Assembly (NCBI GenBank): GCA_963845575.1
Contig: CAWJSN010000003.1
Span: 24,067-88,066 of the forward strand
Reading direction: 5' to 3'
Source of the DNA: an uncultured Solirubrobacterales bacterium
GTDB lineage: Bacteria; Actinomycetota; Thermoleophilia; Solirubrobacterales; Solirubrobacteraceae
DNA: 64,000 nt
The first letter of the stretch is position 1. The number at the start of each line of letters is the position of its first letter. Shown here one piece after another: positions 57,947 to 64,000 of this stretch. The notes beneath the pieces are model-generated. The model was not told where the DNA came from and did no database searches. It saw only the letters and a program-made list of their open reading frames with translations. The translations under genes were made by a program, and so were the position numbers.

Positions 57947-59674
57947 CTAGGCGTCCTCGACGGCCGCCGCCGCCGCCGGCTCGGCATCGGAACCGCTCTT
58001 GTTCGCATCCGCGTCGTCTTCCGAGCCGCCTTCGAGCTCGCGCTTGAGGACCTTGCCGGTCGGGTTGCGGGGCAGCTCGTCGATGAACACGACCTCGCGG
58101 GGCACCTTGTAGTTGGCCAGGTTGTCCTTGACGTAGGCCTTGGCGTCCTCTTCGGAGAGCTGCTTGCCAGAGCGCAGGACGACGAACGCCTTGAGCCGCT
58201 GTCCGAACTTCTCGTCGTCCACGCCGATGGCAGCCACCTCTTCGACCGCCTCGTGGCCGGCCAGGAGCTCCTCGACCTCGGCCGGAAACACGTTCTCGCC
58301 GCCGGAGACGATCATCTCGTCGTCGCGACCATCGATGAACAGCCGACCCTGGTCGTCGAAATGCCCTACGTCGCCCGAGGACATGAGGCCCTTGATCTGC
58401 TCCTTGGTCTCGCCGCCGGTGTAACCCTCAAACTGGCCGGCGTTGCCAACGAAGATGCGCCCCGAGGTCCCCGCCTCGACCTCCTCGCCATCGTCGTCGA
58501 GAATCTTGACGATCGATCCGCGCACGACGCTGCCGACCGTGCCGGGCTCCTCCTGGAGATCGTCGGGCGTGGCGATGGTCGCGTAGGAGACCTCGGTCGA
58601 GCCATACAGGTTGTAGACCACCGGACCGAAGGCCTTGAGCGCCCGCTTGCACAGTTCGACCCCGAACGCCGAGCCGCCGACGAAGATGATCCGCAGGGCC
58701 GAGGTGTCGCGCTTCTTGATCTCCTCCTCGCCCAGATCCAGGATCCGCTGGAGCATCACCGGGACGACGATCAGCGCGGTGGCCCGGTTCTCCTCCAAGC
58801 TGTCCAGCGTGGTCTCCGGGTCGAACCGTCGGCGGATGACCAGCGTCGAGCCGAGAGCCAGGTTGAGAGCCATCAGGGCGAAGCCGAGGGCGTGGAACAT
58901 GGGCACACCGAGTTCACTCACCTCGCCGGCCCGGAACGGCACCTTGCCCAGCAGACCGCCGACCAAGGACAGCGACTTGGGCTCACCGCGCGGCGCTCCC
59001 TTGGGCGTTCCCGTGGTGCCACTGGTGAGGATGACGATCTTGGGGCCCTGGCCCGGCCGCGGCGGTGGTTTGGGTGAACCCTGGCCGATCAGCGCCTCGA
59101 TGGTGTCCTCGGCGTCGGTGTCGGGCTCGTCGACCCAGGCCCGCCAGCGGCCGTGCGGCGGATCGTCGATCCCCTCGAGCGTTTCCGAGTATTCGTCGTC
59201 ATAGACGAGCAGGTCGGTTCCCTCGCGCTCGGCCACCTCGCGAATCTGGGGGCCGGCAAACGAGGTGTTGAGCAGCACGATCCTCGCCCCGCACTTGGCC
59301 GCCGCGAAGATGGCGTCGAGAAACCCTCGGTGGTTGCGGGCCAGGATGGCCACACCGTCGCCGGGTTCGAGGCCATGCTCTCGCCAGGCGTTGGCCAGGG
59401 CATTGGAGCGCTTGTCCAGTTCCTTGTAGGTGACATCGCCGCGCTCGTCGCGGATCGCCACCTGATCGCCGTGGCGAATCGCGCCGATGGTGACCGCACC
59501 GGCCAACAGCCCGTAGCGCTCAAAGGCGATCAGCATCTGGGCCAAGCGATGGGGCAGCTCGGGCCGGACCAACCCGCTGCGAACGCACAGCGCCACGTAG
59601 TAGGCCTCGTCCCCGAAACGCTCGGCCAACTTCAGTCCGCCACCCAGCAGACCCTTCACATCGACGTCTAGCAT
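57947..59674 (-). CDS. acyl-CoA synthetase (AMP-binding)
   Basis: TSGTTGTPKG, YGSTE, SGDVG, GRDDEMIVSGGENV, PRNPTGK. Confidence 0.95.
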   Translation of the reverse strand: MLDVDVKGLLGGGLKLAERFGDEAYYVALCVRSGLVRPELPHRLAQMLIAFERYGLLAGAVTIGAIRHGDQVAIRDERGDVTYKELDKRSNALANAWREHGLEPGDGVAILARNHRGFLDAIFAAAKCGARIVLLNTSFAGPQIREVAEREGTDLLVYDDEYSETLEGIDDPPHGRWRAWVDEPDTDAEDTIEALIGQGSPKPPPRPGQGPKIVILTSGTTGTPKGAPRGEPKSLSLVGGLLGKVPFRAGEVSELGVPMFHALGFALMALNLALGSTLVIRRRFDPETTLDSLEENRATALIVVPVMLQRILDLGEEEIKKRDTSALRIIFVGGSAFGVELCKRALKAFGPVVYNLYGSTEVSYATIATPDDLQEEPGTVGSVVRGSIVKILDDDGEEVEAGTSGRIFVGNAGQFEGYTGGETKEQIKGLMSSGDVGHFDDQGRLFIDGRDDEMIVSGGENVFPAEVEELLAGHEAVEEVAAIGVDDEKFGQRLKAFVVLRSGKQLSEEDAKAYVKDNLANYKVPREVVFIDELPRNPTGKVLKRELEGGSEDDADANKSGSDAEPAAAAAVEDA

Positions 59675-59772
59675 CTTCTCCTCCTCACGCGCAGCGCAGA
59701 GTATGTGATTACCCGTTCCGGCGTCGCGTTACTCGCGAGTATCGAGGCGGAGATCGGGGTAACAAAGCGACC

Positions 59773-60439
59773 GTGCTGATCTCGCTTCTCACCCTTCCCG
59801 TCCGTGTCAGTCTCCGCGGAGCGGAACTCGGGCTACGCGTGTCCCAGGCACTGGCCGAGAAGGCCATCGCCGCCGTTGGCGAGGTGCTCGCCCCGACCGC
59901 CAGCCCGCAGCAGACGCAGACCGCACCGCCGTCGAGCAAACCCCCGGCACCCAGCGAACCCGCGGCACCCAGCAAACCCGGCGCACCCAGCAAACCCGCG
60001 GCACCCAGCAAACCCGGCGCACCCAGCAAACCGCCGGCAGCCGGCGAACCCCCGGCACCCAGCAAACCGCCGGCACCCCGCAAACCCGCGGCACCCAGCG
60101 AACCCCCGGCATCCGCCGCACCGCCAACACCCAGCCCGCCCCCAGAGCCGCCGGTCCCGCCCCCACCCGAGCCCGAGCACGTTTCCGAGGAGCTCACGCT
60201 CGTCGAAGAGAGCGCCGACACCGGCGCCGAGGACGGCGCTGGGCGCCCAGATTCACGTGGCCGAGCCCTGGCCGGGCTATCGCGAGATGAAGGCCGCGGA
60301 CGTGATCGACCGCGTGCGCGGCGGGGCAGACAGCGCCGAGCTGGCGGCCGTCGAGCTCTACGAACTGTCCCACCGCCAGCGCCAGACCGTGCTGGATGCG
60401 GTCAAGCGCGAACTACGTCGCGCTCAGAACACGCCCTAG
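59773..60439 (+). CDS. Pro-rich repeat protein with helical C-terminal domain (frameshift near 60240)
   Basis: N-terminal amphipathic helix, SKPxAP repeats; alternate-frame end EPWPGYREMKAADV..YELSHRQRQTVL. Confidence 0.7.
59935..60114 (+). repeat. 10 x 18-bp coding tandem repeat ([S/G/R][K/E]PxAP)
   Basis: agcaaacccgcggcaccc-like units. Confidence 0.92.
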
Positions 60440-61476
60440 TAGCCGCCGCCGTAGGTCCCGTAGGGATATCCGCCGCCGTCCCCACCCGGATATCCGCCGC
60501 CGCCGTACCCGCCCGGATATCCGCCGCCGCCGTAGTAGCCGCCGCCGTAGCCGCCGTAGCCGCCGTATCCGCTCCCAGGCCCGCCGTAACCGCCGCTCGT
60601 CGCGGCACTCGCGCTCGCGTTTGACCAGGCCACGGTGAACGAGCCGCCGTCGGTGGACAGGCTCGACGGAGTCGCGCCCGCGCCGGCTGAGGCATCGGAG
60701 GCGAACTGCGGTCCACCGGTGCCGCCCACGCCGCTCTGCAGATTCATCTGAGTGGCTGTCCAGCTCGGATCCGAGATCGCTCCCGTGTGACCGTCGGTGG
60801 AGGTGGCGCTGGCCCCGGTGAACTTGATCGTGCCGAAGTTGGTCAGCGGCAGCGGTGCGCAGCTGCTGATCCCCTGGCTGCAGGCTGAGGGAGCCTCGGC
60901 GATCCACTCAGCGCTCGAGGTGTCGGGGTTCTGCATGGTCAGGCTTTTGGTCACCGACTGTCCCGTGGTCAGGTCGCTGAGCGAAACGGTCACGGTGCTG
61001 CCGCTCACGCCGACCCGGGTGGACATGTGGTCGCCCGGTTTGATGCTGAGGCTGACCTTCACCGGTGCCGCCGGGACCAGCTCGTACCAGGCGAAGTACT
61101 TGGCCTCAGACGCGCTGGTGCAGTCAGCCTCGGTGCCGGCCTGCTCCAACGCCTGCGTCTGGCTCGAGCCAGAGGGGTTGCCCGAGCCGGACCCGTAGCC
61201 GCTTCCCGACGCATATGAAGTGCCGGTGCCCGAGCCACCGAGTCCGACCCAGAACGCGGCGTAGCCGCTACCGCTGGTGCAGGTCGCCGGCGGCTGGACC
61301 CAGCTGCCGCTGACGCTCGAGAACCGCTGCGTACCGGATGAGGCGCTGGCCACGTAGCCCGACCAGTTCTCGCTCGTGGCCTGGGTGATGTTGCTGGCCG
61401 CCGTGGCCGTCGTGGGTATCGCGCCGACCGCGCAGGCCCCGGCCAGAAGGATGGACGCCAACGCTTTCATCTTCAT
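60436..61476 (-). CDS. secreted glutamic peptidase, family G1, with a Gly/Tyr-rich tail
   Basis: SENWSGY, FWVGLGG, EQAGT, AWYEL, SSAEWIAEAP. Confidence 0.88.
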   Translation of the reverse strand: MKMKALASILLAGACAVGAIPTTATAASNITQATSENWSGYVASASSGTQRFSSVSGSWVQPPATCTSGSGYAAFWVGLGGSGTGTSYASGSGYGSGSGNPSGSSQTQALEQAGTEADCTSASEAKYFAWYELVPAAPVKVSLSIKPGDHMSTRVGVSGSTVTVSLSDLTTGQSVTKSLTMQNPDTSSAEWIAEAPSACSQGISSCAPLPLTNFGTIKFTGASATSTDGHTGAISDPSWTATQMNLQSGVGGTGGPQFASDASAGAGATPSSLSTDGGSFTVAWSNASASAATSGGYGGPGSGYGGYGGYGGGYYGGGGYPGGYGGGGYPGGDGGGYPYGTYGGGY

Positions 61477-61533
61477 ACCGGTCACTGTGCAACCGGCGAC
61501 GAAGAGCGCCTGATGAACTGGCGAAGAGATTCA

Positions 61534-63465
61534 TCAGGACCGCACGAGCGAACGCTCCCGGGCCAGGCGGACCGCCTTGGACAACGTGGCGATGTCGTAG
61601 GCGCCCTGGTGGCGCTGGCCGTTGATGAAGAAGGTCGGCGTCCCCGATACCCCGCTCATATCGGCTGACTCCACGTCCTCAGCAATCCGGGCCGCGCCCT
61701 TGCGTTTACGCAGGTGCTCGCGAAACGCGTCCATGTCCAGCCGGAGCGCCTCCGCTGCCTGGATCAGCGACTTGATCCCCAGATTGTCCTGCTTGCGAAG
61801 CAGCAGGTCGTGCATGTCCCAGAAGTGCCCTTGGGCGGCGGCCGCCTCCGCCGCCTCGGCAGCGATTTGCGCATGAGGGTGAACGTCGTTCAGCGGTAGA
61901 TGGCGCCATACGTAGCGGAGCTCGCCGAAGTCCGACAGCAGCTCGCGGATCACCGATTCAGCCTGTCCGCAGTAAGGACACTCGAGGTCGCCGTACTCGA
62001 GCAGAGTGACGGTCGCGTCGTCGGGACCCCGAATGTGGTCGCGCTCAGGGTCGACGGGCACGGCGAGATCGACGATCGCCTCCGCGGAACCGACGATGGC
62101 CCGAATGCGAAGCGAGCGAGGGAGCTTGCGGGTCGCCCGCAGCGCGAACGCGCTGACCAGCGGCGCCCCGACCAGCGTGCTCAGCACGCCGACCTTGGCC
62201 TCGTCCAGCTGCACGCCATGGAAGGCCAGGGTGGCGATCAGCAGCGACACCGTGAAGCCGATCCCGGCGACCGCTCCGCCGCCGATCACCGATCCCCAGC
62301 CGACCGGTGGCCGGATCCGCCCCCGCGTCATGCGCGTGAGCAGCCAGGCCGTGCCGGAGATCCCCACCGGTTTGCCGATCAGGTAGGCGGCGATGATGCC
62401 CAGCGTGATCGCGGAGGTGTAGGCATGGGAGAGAAAGCCGGCGCTGAGCACCACCCCGGCGTTGGCCAGGGCGAACAGGGGCACGATCACGTAGCTGGTG
62501 AACGGGTGATAGAGCTGTTGGTAGCGCTCGTTGGGCGAGATGGCCGAGCGCAGCCCAGCGCGCGCAGAGGAGGCCAACTCCCCGGTCGGCTGCTCGCGGA
62601 AGACGCGGAACAGGTCGGTGGCCCGCTCGAGGTCGCCCCGCGAGGCCGGGTAGGCGATGGTCAACAGTCCCATGGCCAGGCCGATGACCACGGGGTCCAC
62701 GCCGGAGCGTTGAAGCGCCACCCAAGCCGTCACGCCCAGGACCGCGTAGACCGCTCCGTTGTGCACGCGCGCGGCCCGCACCACCAGAATCACCGCGACC
62801 ACCACCAGGGCCACCATCAGGGCGGTCATGTCCCCGTGCTTGGTGAACACCACCGCGATGACGATCAGCGCGACCAGGTCGTCGACCACGGCGACGGTGA
62901 GGAGAAAGGCCCGCAGGTTGTTGGGGAACCGGCGGCCCACGATGGCCAACATCCCCAGGGCAAACGCGGTGTCGGTCGACATCGCCGCCCCCCAGCCGGC
63001 GCGGCCAGGGCCCGAGGCATTGATGAGCAGGTAGATCGCCACCGGCACCACCATCCCTCCCAGGCCGGCCACGAGCGGGAGGGCCAGGCGGCGGCGATCG
63101 CGCAATTCCCCCAGGTCGAACTCGCGACGGGCCTCCAGCCCGACGACGAAGAAGAACAGCGTCATCAGCCCGTCATTGACCCACTGGCGCAGATCCTGGC
63201 TGATCCCATCTCCACCGACCCGGATCGACAGCGTCGTCTGCCAGACCCGGTCGTAGGAGCCGACGTCGATGTTGATCCAGGCAATTGCGGCCAGGGCACC
63301 GACCAGGAGAATCGCCGCGCTGCCGCTCTGAGTGCGCAGGAAGTCGCGCAGCGGCGCTTCCAGGTTGCGCGCCCACGCGGTCCGTCCCGCCAGCGCCCCT
63401 GGGGTTTCTTCGGCCTCAGCCGGGGCGGAGGCGGACGAGTCGATCGGAATGTCGGCGCCTGTCAC
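61534..63465 (-). CDS. nhaA: Na+/H+ antiporter NhaA fused to a DsbA/thioredoxin domain
   Basis: WVNDGLM, STDTAFALG, AVVDD, GKPVGI, GIGFTVS; C-terminal ECPYC and GTPTFFING. Confidence 0.93.
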   Translation of the reverse strand: MTGADIPIDSSASAPAEAEETPGALAGRTAWARNLEAPLRDFLRTQSGSAAILLVGALAAIAWINIDVGSYDRVWQTTLSIRVGGDGISQDLRQWVNDGLMTLFFFVVGLEARREFDLGELRDRRRLALPLVAGLGGMVVPVAIYLLINASGPGRAGWGAAMSTDTAFALGMLAIVGRRFPNNLRAFLLTVAVVDDLVALIVIAVVFTKHGDMTALMVALVVVAVILVVRAARVHNGAVYAVLGVTAWVALQRSGVDPVVIGLAMGLLTIAYPASRGDLERATDLFRVFREQPTGELASSARAGLRSAISPNERYQQLYHPFTSYVIVPLFALANAGVVLSAGFLSHAYTSAITLGIIAAYLIGKPVGISGTAWLLTRMTRGRIRPPVGWGSVIGGGAVAGIGFTVSLLIATLAFHGVQLDEAKVGVLSTLVGAPLVSAFALRATRKLPRSLRIRAIVGSAEAIVDLAVPVDPERDHIRGPDDATVTLLEYGDLECPYCGQAESVIRELLSDFGELRYVWRHLPLNDVHPHAQIAAEAAEAAAAQGHFWDMHDLLLRKQDNLGIKSLIQAAEALRLDMDAFREHLRKRKGAARIAEDVESADMSGVSGTPTFFINGQRHQGAYDIATLSKAVRLARERSLVRS

Positions 63466-63628
63466 CGAGGGCCAAGCTTAGTGGTCCACGTGGGAACCTT
63501 CGAGTCCGCTCCGGCCCCAATCCACCGGCTATCGCAGTGGTCCGGGCGCGTACCATAAGCCCCACGACGCTAACATTTTGAACCCCGAGATTTCCGAACC
63601 ACGTGTGCGCCAACACGTAAGGAGCTAC

Positions 63629-64000
63629 ATGCCAGCCACCGAACCGCTCGTCTTCGATGCCATCCGGACACCTCGCGGCAAGGGCAAGGTGAACGGGTCG
63701 CTGCACACCAGCAAGCCGATCGACCTGGTCGTCGGGCTCATGCACGAGATGTTGAGCCGCAATGCCGACCTGGACCCCAACCGCGTTGACGATGTCGTTC
63801 TTGGCTGCGTATCCCCGATCGGCGATCAGGGTGGCGACATCGCCAAGGCGGCCGCGATCAAGGCTGGCCTGCCCGACACGGTTTCCGGCGTGCAGCTGAA
63901 CCGCTTCTGCGCCTCGGGTCTTGAGGCGGTCAACATCGCCGCCCAGAAGGTCGCCTCCGGCTGGGAGGATCTGGTCTTCGCCGGCGGCGTGGAGTCCATG
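63629..64000 (+). CDS. acetyl-CoA C-acetyltransferase (thiolase), 3' partial
   Basis: [35 protein letters not shown]. Confidence 0.93.
   Translation, partial: MPATEPLVFDAIRTPRGKGKVNGSLHTSKPIDLVVGLMHEMLSRNADLDPNRVDDVVLGCVSPIGDQGGDIAKAAAIKAGLPDTVSGVQLNRFCASGLEAVNIAAQKVASGWEDLVFAGGVESM

Noticed and set aside
59935-60114. 18-bp array as a CRISPR or iteron array
   Set aside because: In-frame coding repeat of a Pro-rich linker with no unique spacers.

Overview
High-GC actinobacterial chromosome segment; gene content and secreted-protein style suggest Thermoleophilia/Solirubrobacterales (inference). It holds about 70 CDS and one tRNA-Asp(GTC). I saw no CRISPR array, integrase or transposase. Many genes carry 1-bp indels that cluster at 4.9-12.3 kb and 47.4-51.5 kb and look like long-read consensus errors. 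Main blocks, in order: DUF1998 helicase/HAD/gpsA; an Xis-like HTH gene pair divergent from a co-oriented run (membrane protein, two secreted proteins, tatA, dprA, ComF-like PRTase, GH13); a 14-34 kb carbohydrate region (sugar ABC importer, GH13, GH3, debranching-like GH, beta-propeller GH, MFS) containing a flavinylation module (ferric-reductase-like, FMN-binding, ApbE) and bracketed by two ParB/Srx-like paralogs; tRNA-Asp followed by efflux and regulator cassettes; desaturase-cfa; a small unknown gene with a consensus LexA box at its start; a cysteine/sulfur cluster; acyl-CoA synthetase, G1 peptidase, NhaA-DsbA and a thiolase. Best candidates for something new: the DprA+PRTase (ShosTA-like) pair within a Tat/secreted-protein run, the LexA-boxed unknown gene, the ParB-like paralogs tied to sugar uptake, the shared 'DFW' motif in the Xis locus, and a multi-hairpin intergenic element at 35.9 kb. 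All product calls come from motif recognition; no database searches were run.
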